From Flavobacteriales bacterium (GTDB lineage Bacteria > Bacteroidota > Bacteroidia > Flavobacteriales_D > Sanyastnellaceae), in contig JANOXJ010000221.1 in NCBI GenBank assembly GCA_031418455.1, positions 5,193 through 69,192 on the forward strand: a DNA stretch of 64,000 bases, read 5' to 3'. Each line of letters begins with the position of its first letter. The stretch's first letter is position 1. The position numbers and the translations under genes were made by a program. Below are positions 27,361 through 37,899 of the stretch, one piece after another. The notes beneath the pieces were generated by a model. The model did no database searches. It was given only the letters and a program-made list of their open reading frames with translations, and was not told where the DNA came from.

Positions 27361-29307
27361 TTATTCCAGAATTTTAAATTCTGTTCTTCTGTTTTTAGCA
27401 CGGCCTTGTTCAGTATCGTTGGTTTCTAACGGTGCTGTTTCGCCATAGCCTTTTGCCACTAGTTTATCAGCAGGTATTCCTTTCGATATTAAAAAATCTA
27501 CCACTGCCTTTGCTCTATTGTCACTTAGCAATTGGTTAGCAGCATCAGCACCCACATTGTCCGTATGGCCGCCTATTTCTACTTTCTTTTCAGGGTTGGC
27601 CTTTAGCAATTCTGCCAATTTATTCAATTCTATTTTCGACTCTGGTTTTAAGTCGGCTTTAGCAGTTTCAAAAAATACATTTTGCAATACTATTTGCGCT
27701 CCCGGACGAAGCTTTTGCAGTTTTATGTCAAGTTGGAACGGTTCCATACTTGTATAGTTCTTAAGCGAAAAATTTTCAGAATGAAACAGGTATCCTTCCT
27801 TGTTTACATTGAGTGCATAGTCTTTTCCGCTGGGTATACAAATCAAAAATTCTCCTGTATACTGCGAGCTGTATGATTCTACTATTAGCTTTCCAGTTTC
27901 TAAATCTATCAATTCCAAATGTGCTTCAAGTTTTTTGAAACTTAACTTGTCGCTTACTGTGCCTTTAACATAAGTAACTGGTGTAGGTTGGGCCTGGGCG
28001 TACAAATCAAATTGATAAAGATCTAATCCACCAAAGCCTCCATCGCGCTCGCTGGCAAACAATGCAAGTTTGCCATCGGCAGATACTTGTATGCTATTCT
28101 CGTTGTTAAACGTATTTATAGGGTATCCCAAATTTACAGGCGTGTCCCAATCGCCACTGGGCAACATGCGGCTCATGAATAAATCCAGCCCACCCATACC
28201 GCTGTGTCCATTGCTGCTAAAGAACAGTGTTCTGCCATCAGGGTGAATCATTACACTTTCTTCTTCAAATATGGTGTTTACTTTTCCTGGTGCTTTGGCA
28301 GGCACACTCCATTGGCCATCGGGGCGTATGTAGCTGTAGTATATGTCTTGTTCTTTTATACCGCTTGCTGTTCTTTTTCCTCTTATGAAGTAAAGTGTTT
28401 TTCCATCGGCACAAAAACTAGGTTGACTCTCCCACGAACCGGTATTAATTCCATTGCCCAAATTTTTTGGTGCAGACCATCCTGCTGCTACACGCGTGGA
28501 GTAAAATAAATCGCAACTGCCCACACCCTCGCGCGTGCCGCCCCAGTTGCCATCTGCTGTTTCGCATGCCGTAAAAATCATAGTAAGACCATCGGCACTT
28601 AGCGAAGGTGCTCCTTCATTTTGTGGTGTATTTATTTCTTTCACCGGCAGGCCGGTTATCCATTTGCCATTTTCTTTTTTACTTATAAAAAAATCTTCTT
28701 GCTTGCCTTGAAATGCGTTAGCATCATTTACCAGTCGCGTGTAGAGCAGTGTGTTTTGGTCTGCAGTAAGGCATGGGTAATATTCATTGGCAGCGGTGTT
28801 TACACCTTCTCCTAAATTTTTTGGTTCAAATGGTACAGGATTTTTCAAAGCTCTTTTTGCAAACACACAACTGGATATAAGCAATTGCGCGCGCTTTTCT
28901 TGCTGCGGGCTATCCTTAGGATATTTCATAAACTTGGTTACTGCTGCTTCGGCATCTTCATATTTGCCTTCAGCAAAGTAGCATTCTGCCAGCATCATCC
29001 AACCTGCAGGGTAGTATGTCTCGTTTTTTGATAAAGCTTTTTTGAGTGGCTCTATGGCTTTTACTGTTTGGCCACGCTCGTCATATATCTGCGCCAGAAA
29101 GTAATGCGCCTCCATAAATTCAGGATTTTCATTGCTCACTTCTTCCAGTAATTTTTGTGCAGCATCATACTCAAATACTTGATAGTGCGCTCCGGCCTCT
29201 TCATATTTTTTTATAGCTTTTTTGTCTTTGGTGCTATAGGTTTTTTTTGGCTGAGCGCATGCGCCTATCGTAAGCGCTATAAGTAAAAATGTGAGGTATT
29301 GTTTCAT
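27361..29307 (-). CDS. OmpA-family protein with TPR and TolB-like (PD40) beta-propeller repeats
   Basis: I chose the ATG at 29307 (MKQYLTFLLIALTIGACAQ). TPR motifs include AHYFLAQIYDERGQ. PD40-like repeats carry NEYYPCLTADQNTLLY, EGAPSLSADGLTMIF and ESQPSFCADGKTLYF. The C-terminal OmpA domain reads FFETAKADL...GHTDNVG...NQLLSDNRAKAV...NRRTEF. Confidence 0.85.
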   Translation of the reverse strand: MKQYLTFLLIALTIGACAQPKKTYSTKDKKAIKKYEEAGAHYQVFEYDAAQKLLEEVSNENPEFMEAHYFLAQIYDERGQTVKAIEPLKKALSKNETYYPAGWMMLAECYFAEGKYEDAEAAVTKFMKYPKDSPQQEKRAQLLISSCVFAKRALKNPVPFEPKNLGEGVNTAANEYYPCLTADQNTLLYTRLVNDANAFQGKQEDFFISKKENGKWITGLPVKEINTPQNEGAPSLSADGLTMIFTACETADGNWGGTREGVGSCDLFYSTRVAAGWSAPKNLGNGINTGSWESQPSFCADGKTLYFIRGKRTASGIKEQDIYYSYIRPDGQWSVPAKAPGKVNTIFEEESVMIHPDGRTLFFSSNGHSGMGGLDLFMSRMLPSGDWDTPVNLGYPINTFNNENSIQVSADGKLALFASERDGGFGGLDLYQFDLYAQAQPTPVTYVKGTVSDKLSFKKLEAHLELIDLETGKLIVESYSSQYTGEFLICIPSGKDYALNVNKEGYLFHSENFSLKNYTSMEPFQLDIKLQKLRPGAQIVLQNVFFETAKADLKPESKIELNKLAELLKANPEKKVEIGGHTDNVGADAANQLLSDNRAKAVVDFLISKGIPADKLVAKGYGETAPLETNDTEQGRAKNRRTEFKILE

Positions 29308-29371
29308 GTGTGTGTTAGACCTGCTTCGCAGGCTTTGTGGTTCTTTCCAACTATCGAGCCTAATGTATAAA

Positions 29372-29402
29372 AACAAAACAGCGCGTTTGGGTAAACGCGC
29401 TG
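29372..29402 (-). terminator. Terminator downstream of eno
   Basis: CAGCGCGTTT (29379-29388) pairs with AAACGCGCTG (29393-29402). On the minus-strand transcript it is followed by a U-rich tail (the complement of AAAACAAAA). Confidence 0.65.
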
Positions 29403-29431
29403 CAAAGTTGTGAAGTATGTAAATGTGAAAA

Positions 29432-30724
<1,293 letters not shown>

Positions 30725-30785
30725 TTAATTTTTTTTATATGCTCAAATGGTGTTTCCATTTGTAGCGAATTATTATTTTTTCTTT

Positions 30786-31901
30786 TTACGCAGTTACTTG
30801 TTTGGCTGCTTTTATGTTTACCATAAACTGGTCAAATAAATAACGACTATCATGCGGCCCGGCACTGGCCTCAGGGTGGTATTGCACGCTAAATACATTT
30901 TTGCTTTTAGAACGAATACCGGCAATGGTACCATCATTCAGGTGCATATGTGTTATCTCAATATCGTGGTTGCTTTTTGCACTCTCATGCGATATTACAA
31001 AGCCATGGTTCTGACTGGTTATTTCGCACTTGCCGGTTATTAGATTTTTTATTGGGTGGTTTATGCCGCGGTGGCCGTTAAACATTTTTTCGGTTTTTAA
31101 ACTTTGCGACAATCCTATGAGTTGATGACCCAAGCAAATACCAAAGCAAGGCAAGCCTGTGTCAATGAGTGAGGCAATAAGCTGTATAGTTTCTGGCATG
31201 GCAGATGGGTCGCCAGGGCCATTACTAAACATTATTCCATCGGGCTGCCACTGCATTATTTCTTCTTTAGCAGCTGTCATGGGGAACACTTTTAAAAATG
31301 CTCCGCGCTCGGCTAAACATCGCAAAATGTTCTTTTTAACTCCAAGGTCTAATACTGCTACTTTCCAGTCTGCACCTGGCTCGCCCATGGTGTAGGCCTG
31401 CGTGCAGGCTACTTTTGACGACAATTCCAGCCCATCCATGCTGGGCACTTGGGCCAGCATAGTGGTAAGTTTATTTATATCAGTTTCTTCTGATGAGATA
31501 ATGCAGTTCATGGCGCCTGCTTGCCTAATGTGGCGAACCAATGCGCGTGTATCTATTTCGCAAATGCCTACTATTTTGTCATTTACCAAATAGTCTTGCA
31601 GAGTGCCTATGGGACCTATGCGGCTTGCTACATCCGAAAAATTTTTGATGATGATGCCTGCTACTTTGCAATTATCTGACTCCACTTCCTGGTTATGCAC
31701 ACCATAGTTTCCTATATGGGCAGTAGCCATGCAGAGCACCTGGCCATAATAGCTTGGGTCGGTAAATACTTCCTGGTAGCCTGTCATAGCTGTGTTAAAA
31801 GCTATTTCGCCAGTGGTGGTGCCTATAGCACCGCAAGATTTTCCTTGAAATACTGTGCCATCGGCAAGCAGCAGAACGGTTGGTTTGGGGTCGCGTATCA
31901 T
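30786..31901 (-). CDS. carA: Carbamoyl-phosphate synthase small (glutamine amidotransferase) subunit
   Basis: The N-domain has LLLADGTVFQGKSCGA...GEIAFNTAMTGYQEVFTDPSY. The GATase site is PCFGICLGHQL, with VQYHPEA near the C-terminus. Confidence 0.95.
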   Translation of the reverse strand: MIRDPKPTVLLLADGTVFQGKSCGAIGTTTGEIAFNTAMTGYQEVFTDPSYYGQVLCMATAHIGNYGVHNQEVESDNCKVAGIIIKNFSDVASRIGPIGTLQDYLVNDKIVGICEIDTRALVRHIRQAGAMNCIISSEETDINKLTTMLAQVPSMDGLELSSKVACTQAYTMGEPGADWKVAVLDLGVKKNILRCLAERGAFLKVFPMTAAKEEIMQWQPDGIMFSNGPGDPSAMPETIQLIASLIDTGLPCFGICLGHQLIGLSQSLKTEKMFNGHRGINHPIKNLITGKCEITSQNHGFVISHESAKSNHDIEITHMHLNDGTIAGIRSKSKNVFSVQYHPEASAGPHDSRYLFDQFMVNIKAAKQVTA

Positions 31902-32007
31902 TTCAAAGCCGCGAAAATAAACACTTTATTTGTGCCACAGTCCCATGAATTTTAAACATGTTGTTCAATAATCGCTCAGGGGCATGAATAACGTGTTGTA
32001 TCATGGT

Positions 32008-32529
32008 TTAGCGTCTTATTGCGTAAATCAATTCATCCTGGTATTGGCCATTTTTGAATATGTTTTTTTCTATGGTGGCTTCTAATTTGAATCCGGTTTT
32101 TTCCAATACAATTTGCGATGCTTTGTTGTTGCCAAAAGGTCTTGCAAAAAGTCTGGTAATAGGGTAGGTCTTAAAAGCAAATTCTATCATTTGCAACACA
32201 GCCTGAGTCATTATACCACCACCCCAATATGCCTCGCCCAGCCAATAGCCTAGCTCCGCACTTTTGCAATGTATGTCAGCCTGCGGATGCACGCCTATGC
32301 CGCCTACCGCCTTGCCATCCACCTCTATAGCAAATAGGTGAATAGGTGTGTCTTTGGTGGCAAACTGTATAAAGGCTTCAGCATTTTCTATAGTGTACGG
32401 ATGCGGAAAAGCATTAGTCATAAATTGTGCAATGAGCTTGTTATTAGCATTGTTTGTCAGGCTTGCCGCATCATCTGGTGTAAATGGTCTAAGTTTAAAT
32501 GCGGCTTTGTTGGTTGGCTTAGTAAACAT
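32008..32529 (-). CDS. GNAT-family N-acetyltransferase (RimJ/RimL-like)
   Basis: 173 aa with AELGYWLGEAYWGGGIMTQAV and NKASQIVLEKTGFKLE, matching the acetyl-CoA-binding motifs of GNAT enzymes. Confidence 0.8.
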   Translation of the reverse strand: MFTKPTNKAAFKLRPFTPDDAASLTNNANNKLIAQFMTNAFPHPYTIENAEAFIQFATKDTPIHLFAIEVDGKAVGGIGVHPQADIHCKSAELGYWLGEAYWGGGIMTQAVLQMIEFAFKTYPITRLFARPFGNNKASQIVLEKTGFKLEATIEKNIFKNGQYQDELIYAIRR

Positions 32530-32566
32530 GGCATTCTAAATAATTATTTGTAAAACGCTAAGGTAA

Positions 32567-33553
32567 TTAACGCACAAATTGATTTACTAAATGCAATTGT
32601 TCTACCGAACTGCGGTCGCTGTAAAGTCCTAATCTGTTGTGTATAGTGTTGTCTGCTTTGTCTTCGGGCAATAGATAGTTAACTGCTAACTGCTGCGCAT
32701 AGCCTACCTCATGCGCCAAGGCTTTTATGCGTGCATTGTACAATCCAAACGGATAGGCTATGCTGTTCACTTTGTAGCCGGTTACTTTTTCTAAGTAATT
32801 TTTACTATCCACAAGCTCCTCTTTCACTTTATCATCGCTTAGTTTGAGCAGGTTGTGGTGGGTTACACAATGGCTGCCTATTTCGACCCACTGGCTTTGG
32901 GCCATTATTTTTATTTCTTCGCCTTTCATTACTCGGCACAGGTCTTCCCAGAGCTGTTTTTGCTCTGCATCTAAATTTAGTTTGCTGCTTAGCGCATCTA
33001 TAAAATTTTCTATTTGAAGCGGCAAAGCATCAAGCAATGCGTGTTGAATATGTTGCCCTGTAAGTTCATTTCTAAATTGCATGGGGCTTACTCGCTTATA
33101 AATTAGTTTTTCAAACTCCACTTCATACGGCACTTGGTGGAGTAATACACTGAGTGCATCCGGCCATAGCATGCTTTGTCCGCTAAGCCATGGTGTGCTT
33201 ACAAAAAATGTAACAGGCACTTTTTCTTCTTCTATTATAGGCAGAGCGTGGCGCAGGTTATTTATAAGGCCATCGTCAAAGGTGATGGCAAGCGAATTGG
33301 GCGCCACAGGATTGTTGAAGAATGAGCTGAGGGGCACTACATCAAATCTCTTTTTGAAATAGCGCAGTTGCTTTCTGAAATCATCGGTGCTGATGTTTCT
33401 AATATTCACATCGGTGCGCAGTTGCGGCAGCACGTTGTGATACATAATAATGGCGCTATGCGCAGGTGGAGATTTATACAGGGCTTGGTCCAAGCCCAGA
33501 GCGTAGTGGAGCGCTCGGTTATAGCGTGTTAATCTTTCTCCTAAGTGTAGCAT
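32567..33553 (-). CDS. Polysaccharide deacetylase (NodB-homology) family protein
   Basis: Motifs AITFDDGLINN, PVTFFV, IGSHCVTHHNL and IAYPFG are present. The start codon abuts the stop of the upstream gene (33553/33554). Confidence 0.8.
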   Translation of the reverse strand: MLHLGERLTRYNRALHYALGLDQALYKSPPAHSAIIMYHNVLPQLRTDVNIRNISTDDFRKQLRYFKKRFDVVPLSSFFNNPVAPNSLAITFDDGLINNLRHALPIIEEEKVPVTFFVSTPWLSGQSMLWPDALSVLLHQVPYEVEFEKLIYKRVSPMQFRNELTGQHIQHALLDALPLQIENFIDALSSKLNLDAEQKQLWEDLCRVMKGEEIKIMAQSQWVEIGSHCVTHHNLLKLSDDKVKEELVDSKNYLEKVTGYKVNSIAYPFGLYNARIKALAHEVGYAQQLAVNYLLPEDKADNTIHNRLGLYSDRSSVEQLHLVNQFVR

Positions 33554-34780
33554 TTACTTTTTATCGCCACCGGGTTCGTCTCGTCTTTTTAGCACTCGTT
33601 TTGGCGCACTGCTTGGTTCTTCGCGTGGTGCACTTGGTCGCTCTTCGCGCTTAGGCGTATCGTAGTAGCGTGGTGGTCGGCTTTCTGTTCTAGGTGTGCG
33701 TGGTGTGCGCGGTTCAAAGTCCTCTTTTGGTCTTCTTTCATCACGTTCAGGTGTTTTGTCGCGCGGTATGGAGGAGTTTCTGTTGTCAAATTCATTTACA
33801 CGGCCTTTGTATTGGCGCTTGTCTACAAACTCTTTGCGCGGCTTTACTGCAGGGCGTTCCTCTAAATCTTCTGCCACAGTTTTTCTCACTTGCTTGGGCT
33901 CATCATCGCTCACCAGTTTGGTGTTTTTCCATTCTGTAGGCACTTCGCCATCCTTGTTTATTTTTATACCTAGTTTGGTAAGAATTACTTTGCCTTCTTT
34001 AAAAAGCATGCCTGCTGCTTTTTTAAATGTCTTTTTAGACATGCGCAGGCGCAGTTTTATTTCCTCAGGGTCGGTGTCGTCATTTAAGCGCGCGTAGCCA
34101 TTGTTGTTCAGCAAAAAATTCATGATAGAACTTTTCGCATCTTCCAATAGGTCTAAACCTTCGCGCTGCATGCTTACTACCAGGTCTTTGCCTTCTATTT
34201 GGCGCACGTATCCTTTCACTTTTTCGCCAAAATGTAGTTTTTGCATTATTTCCTGGTCAAAAAGGGCTGCAAAGTGTTTTCCATTTACCACTACTCTGCG
34301 GCCTACATCTATTTTCTCGGCTATCATTAGTTCCACCTCATCGCCACGCTGGTAGGTCATGTCCTTGTTAAGAAGGTTGGACGATATGCGTGTGCTTCCA
34401 AACAATCTGCGGTATTCATGGTCTTCGCGCAGTATCATAAGTACCATTTGACCTGCTTCTATAGGTTCGCGCTGTTCTTTAGTAGGTATAAGTATGTCGC
34501 GCGTGGTGCCAATCTTAACAAAAGCACCCATGCTATTGGTGTTGCTGGCTTTAAGACAAGCCATTTCGCCCACCTGCATCATAGGTAGCATGGTGGTAGC
34601 CTCTAGCTCCTGATCTTCGTTGTAAAAAGTGAATACTTCCACTTCTTCGCCTTCCTCTAGCTGCTTAGATACATCGCGCTTAGGGAGTATAACAAAATCG
34701 CGCTCATCGCCAAGCATGTAGCCGTGGTGGTTAGAGTCGTAAACCGGCAGGGTTTGAATTTTTCCTGGAATTATCTGCAT
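33554..34780 (-). CDS. CvfB/YitL-family S1-like RNA-binding protein with a charged low-complexity C-terminal tail of about 125 aa
   Basis: Repeated S1-like modules are present (GKIQTLPVYDSNHHGYML, GEMACLKASNTNSMGAFV, GDEVELMIAEKIDVGRRVV, GEKVKGYVRQIEGKDLVVS), then a winged-helix-like segment. The tail is Arg/Pro/Glu/Lys-rich (PRTPRTPRTESRPPRYYDTPKREERPSAPREEP). Confidence 0.72.
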   Translation of the reverse strand: MQIIPGKIQTLPVYDSNHHGYMLGDERDFVILPKRDVSKQLEEGEEVEVFTFYNEDQELEATTMLPMMQVGEMACLKASNTNSMGAFVKIGTTRDILIPTKEQREPIEAGQMVLMILREDHEYRRLFGSTRISSNLLNKDMTYQRGDEVELMIAEKIDVGRRVVVNGKHFAALFDQEIMQKLHFGEKVKGYVRQIEGKDLVVSMQREGLDLLEDAKSSIMNFLLNNNGYARLNDDTDPEEIKLRLRMSKKTFKKAAGMLFKEGKVILTKLGIKINKDGEVPTEWKNTKLVSDDEPKQVRKTVAEDLEERPAVKPRKEFVDKRQYKGRVNEFDNRNSSIPRDKTPERDERRPKEDFEPRTPRTPRTESRPPRYYDTPKREERPSAPREEPSSAPKRVLKRRDEPGGDKK

Positions 34781-34837
34781 GGCGCAAAGGTAAAGCCAAA
34801 CTGCCTTGCAAACACGCTAATTGCTCAAAAGGGGTGC

Positions 34838-35425
34838 TCATTTGTGGGCATTGAGCATCCAGCCTGTAATGCTTCTTCGTGCCCGGTTAGTGGGCAATAC
34901 CTCATGTTCTTTTTCGCTCAAAAAGATGGCCAAAGTGCCTTCAGACGGTGTTATGGCATGCTGCTCATGGCCCTCGCCATATATTATGAGTTGGCCGCCA
35001 TCAGTGGTTTGCCATTGTGAATTAAGGTACAAAACAAACGATACTACTCTGGCTGAACCACTTTTATGCCTGTCATTATGCCGCTTATAGAAGGTGCCCG
35101 CAGGGTATTGGGTATAGTGGCATTCAAAATCGCGCAAGCCCAAGTAAAAATTTCGGTTGAGTTGTGTAATGAGCTCGTTCAGCTTTTCTATAAAAATGCG
35201 AGTATTAGGTGCCACATCGGTGGTGTCTATCCAATGTATAAAATCACCACGCTGTGCAGTGTCTATTTGAAAATTGGCGGCTTTACCAATTCCTGCTTTT
35301 TTAAAAAGAGATTGTTCCAGCAATTGGTCTATTTCATGGTTAATGCCTTGTGCTTCTGCTTGATTTATAAAATCTGCAAAAACAAAAAATCCATTGTCTT
35401 CAAATTGCTCTAAAAAATCTTTCAT
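34838..35425 (-). CDS. 2OG-Fe(II) oxygenase (prolyl-4-hydroxylase-like)
   Basis: The HxD...H facial triad and Arg are present: YKRHNDRH, RVVSFVLYLN, GTLAIFLSEKEHEVLPT and RRSITGW. Confidence 0.8.
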   Translation of the reverse strand: MKDFLEQFEDNGFFVFADFINQAEAQGINHEIDQLLEQSLFKKAGIGKAANFQIDTAQRGDFIHWIDTTDVAPNTRIFIEKLNELITQLNRNFYLGLRDFECHYTQYPAGTFYKRHNDRHKSGSARVVSFVLYLNSQWQTTDGGQLIIYGEGHEQHAITPSEGTLAIFLSEKEHEVLPTNRARRSITGWMLNAHK

Positions 35426-35592
35426 GCCTTGGCAAAGCTAATGGTAGGGGAAAGTAAACCTATGCAAAAAGGTTTAATAATTGATTAGCTGCAGCACTTT
35501 ATATTTTGATTATTGGCTTTATATAAATTGATTTGTAGTTGCAACTATACAAGTAGTATAACTTCGTCCCTTGTGCAATTAATTTTTATTCT

Positions 35593-36411
35593 ATGTCAAA
35601 AGTAGTATTGGTAACTGGAGCAAGCAGTGGTATAGGCCAGGCGGTAGCTGCTGTGCTTGCTGCAAAGGGCCACATAGTTTTTGGCACCAGCCGGTTTGTA
35701 CAGAATGGTGTGCAGCGCAACGGATATACCATGGTGCGCATGGATGTAACGGATGAAAAGTCGGTGGCCGAATGTGTAAAATACATGATGGAAAAAAGCG
35801 GACGGTTGGATGTATTGGTGAACAATGCAGGCCTTGGTTTGGTAGGTCCTATAGAAAATATTTCGGATGCGGAGGCACGTGAAATTTTTGACACCAACGT
35901 GTTTGGGGTATTGAATGTATGCCGCGAGTGCATTAAACATTTGCGCAATGGCGGTGGCGGTTACATCATAAACATTACCAGCATGGCTGCGCAAATTGGG
36001 TTGCCTTACAGAGGTATATACAGTGCCAGCAAATTTGCAGTGGAAGGGTTTACTGAAGCGCTAAGCATGGAGGTAAAACAGTTTGGTATAAAAGTGTGCC
36101 TTATAGAACCTGGCGATTTTAAAACCAACATAAACACCACACGCAAAGTGGTGAGTTATGTAGATAAAAATGCCTACGGCACACAAAGTGATGATGTGCT
36201 AAACCTGGTGAACAGAGAGGTGGACAACGCAAGAACTCCGGAAGTGATAGGGTATAAAATAGAAGCGATAATAAACAACGATAAGCCAGCGCTGCGCTTT
36301 AGAGTAGCTACGCTTATGCAGCGCTTTAGCCTAACCCTCATGCGCACATTGCCTAGCAGGTTGTTTGAGAAAATGGTAATGAACCATTATAAAATTCCTA
36401 CCAGGAAGTAA
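35593..36411 (+). CDS. Short-chain dehydrogenase/reductase (classical SDR)
   Basis: VLVTGASSGIGQA (TGxxxGxG), NNAG and YSASKFAVEG (YxxxK) are present. Confidence 0.9.
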   Translation: MSKVVLVTGASSGIGQAVAAVLAAKGHIVFGTSRFVQNGVQRNGYTMVRMDVTDEKSVAECVKYMMEKSGRLDVLVNNAGLGLVGPIENISDAEAREIFDTNVFGVLNVCRECIKHLRNGGGGYIINITSMAAQIGLPYRGIYSASKFAVEGFTEALSMEVKQFGIKVCLIEPGDFKTNINTTRKVVSYVDKNAYGTQSDDVLNLVNREVDNARTPEVIGYKIEAIINNDKPALRFRVATLMQRFSLTLMRTLPSRLFEKMVMNHYKIPTRK

Positions 36412-36457
36412 TAACTTATTGCTGAAAATTTCTTCGCTAATTATTTTTCATGCAAGC

Positions 36458-37804
36458 TTATGGTTCTATTTTGGATAACGATAGCTCGTGCTGTGCAAAC
36501 GGATAGGCAGTAACGTTATGATAAAACATAAGCTCTATACTGTGTGGTTCGTTGTATAAAACGGCACCTGCTGGGTAGTCTTTGTTTTTTATTTCATCGC
36601 ACCATGTTTTATTGCGCACCGCAGGGCGAAACAGATAAAGTTTTTCTAAAGAATAACCTGCAATGAAAATGATGGATGTATAGGCAAGCAGTGTTGCAGC
36701 CTTTTTTAAATAAAATCTATGCTGCTCAAAATGAATTACAAACCATGCTATAAGTATGAATAGGGCAGGGGCGCTTATGAAAAGATAGGTGCCGCGCTTT
36801 ACCTCTGCCATGCTAAAAAGCATGAGGGGCAACAATGCCCATGTAAGCAAGGCGATACAAAGTTGTTTGAAGGAATTTTTTTCTGCATTGGCTTTGCTTA
36901 GTTGCCATATAAATAGCGCCAAAAGCGCAAATGTGGAATAGCCAAAAAGATTGCCATAATCGGCAAGGTAACTGTACCATGTACCATCTGTGTTGAGTGT
37001 AGTGTCTGAAAATGGAGTAAAGAGCGCACCGAACATCCATACAGCCTCTTGCGGATAAGACTGGGCAATGTAGAGCACCCATGGCATAAAAATTAACGTT
37101 GCAGATGCCAACGAAAGGGTGGAGAGAAGTAAATGTTTTTTCCAATGAGCAAAGGAAAAATGATATATAAACATTACTACTAAAACAAGCAGGGCCGGCT
37201 GCCATTTGCACATGATGGCAAGGCCTGTTGCATGGCCTGTAATTATGTAATCTTTTACATCAAATTGTTGTGGTTTTTTTCTGAAAACACAATACATGCC
37301 AAGCGATACAAAAAAGAGGAAACAAGTTTCTACCCCATCGCTGCTTAATCTGCCAGAGGCTAAGTCTGTGTGCATGCCATGCATACCGTGCAAGGCAGCA
37401 GCAATTAGAGCAACTCTGTTTCCAAATAATTTTTTTGCTATTAGGAATGTGAGCAGCACAGAAAGTGTTGCAAAAATTAAAGCAGGAATTCTAACTGAAA
37501 ATTCGTGCAGTCCAAAAATCTTGAGGCTTATGGCCATGAACCAGAGTGGCAAAGGAGGCTTGCTTAACCAAATATGATTGCCTTGCCAATTGCTTATTTC
37601 ATAGGGTTCCAGCGGATGCTCGTAGAGAGTTGGCTTAAGCGGATGTTCAAGTAAATTTTTAGCAACCAGAGCATGGTAACGCTCATCCCACTCGTGCAAA
37701 AAATTGTCTAAGGAGCAATATATTTTTAAACCCATTGTCATTACCAATATGGCTGACAACGTAACAATAGTAAAATGGCGTTTAGTGAATTGATGGGTGC
37801 TCAC
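36458..37804 (-). CDS. GT-C fold glycosyltransferase (ArnT / PMT, GT39/GT83-like), start uncertain
   Basis: The product has many TM helices and the first-loop motif DERYHALVAKNL typical of ArnT/PMT_2 enzymes. The ORF is open up to GTG 37957, which overlaps the upstream gene by 58 nt. I prefer GTG 37804 (MSTHQFTKRHFTIVTLSAILV). ATG 37741 is a further option. Confidence 0.72.
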   Translation of the reverse strand: MSTHQFTKRHFTIVTLSAILVMTMGLKIYCSLDNFLHEWDERYHALVAKNLLEHPLKPTLYEHPLEPYEISNWQGNHIWLSKPPLPLWFMAISLKIFGLHEFSVRIPALIFATLSVLLTFLIAKKLFGNRVALIAAALHGMHGMHTDLASGRLSSDGVETCFLFFVSLGMYCVFRKKPQQFDVKDYIITGHATGLAIMCKWQPALLVLVVMFIYHFSFAHWKKHLLLSTLSLASATLIFMPWVLYIAQSYPQEAVWMFGALFTPFSDTTLNTDGTWYSYLADYGNLFGYSTFALLALFIWQLSKANAEKNSFKQLCIALLTWALLPLMLFSMAEVKRGTYLFISAPALFILIAWFVIHFEQHRFYLKKAATLLAYTSIIFIAGYSLEKLYLFRPAVRNKTWCDEIKNKDYPAGAVLYNEPHSIELMFYHNVTAYPFAQHELSLSKIEP

Positions 37805-37831
37805 ATAGGCTTTTACAAGCAGGGAGAAAAT

Positions 37832-37843
37832 CCCCCCCCCCCC
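37832..37843 (-). repeat. G12 homopolymer (C12 on + strand) in the leader or extreme 5-prime end of the glycosyltransferase gene
   Basis: Read directly from ...agggagaaaatCCCCCCCCCCCCtacaaca... It lies 56 nt below the cytochrome stop and 27 nt above GTG 37804. Confidence 0.95.
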
Positions 37844-37899
37844 TACAACATCTTCGTTTGTAGAAGCACCAATTTTATGAAGTCGACTTTTCAAATTAT

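Noticed and set aside
33589-34097. Several 60-130-aa ORFs in other frames and on the other strand over the 3-prime part of the CvfB-like gene.
   Set aside because: They arise from the compositional bias of the Arg/Pro/Glu-rich tail region. The CvfB frame is continuous with the S1-domain body.
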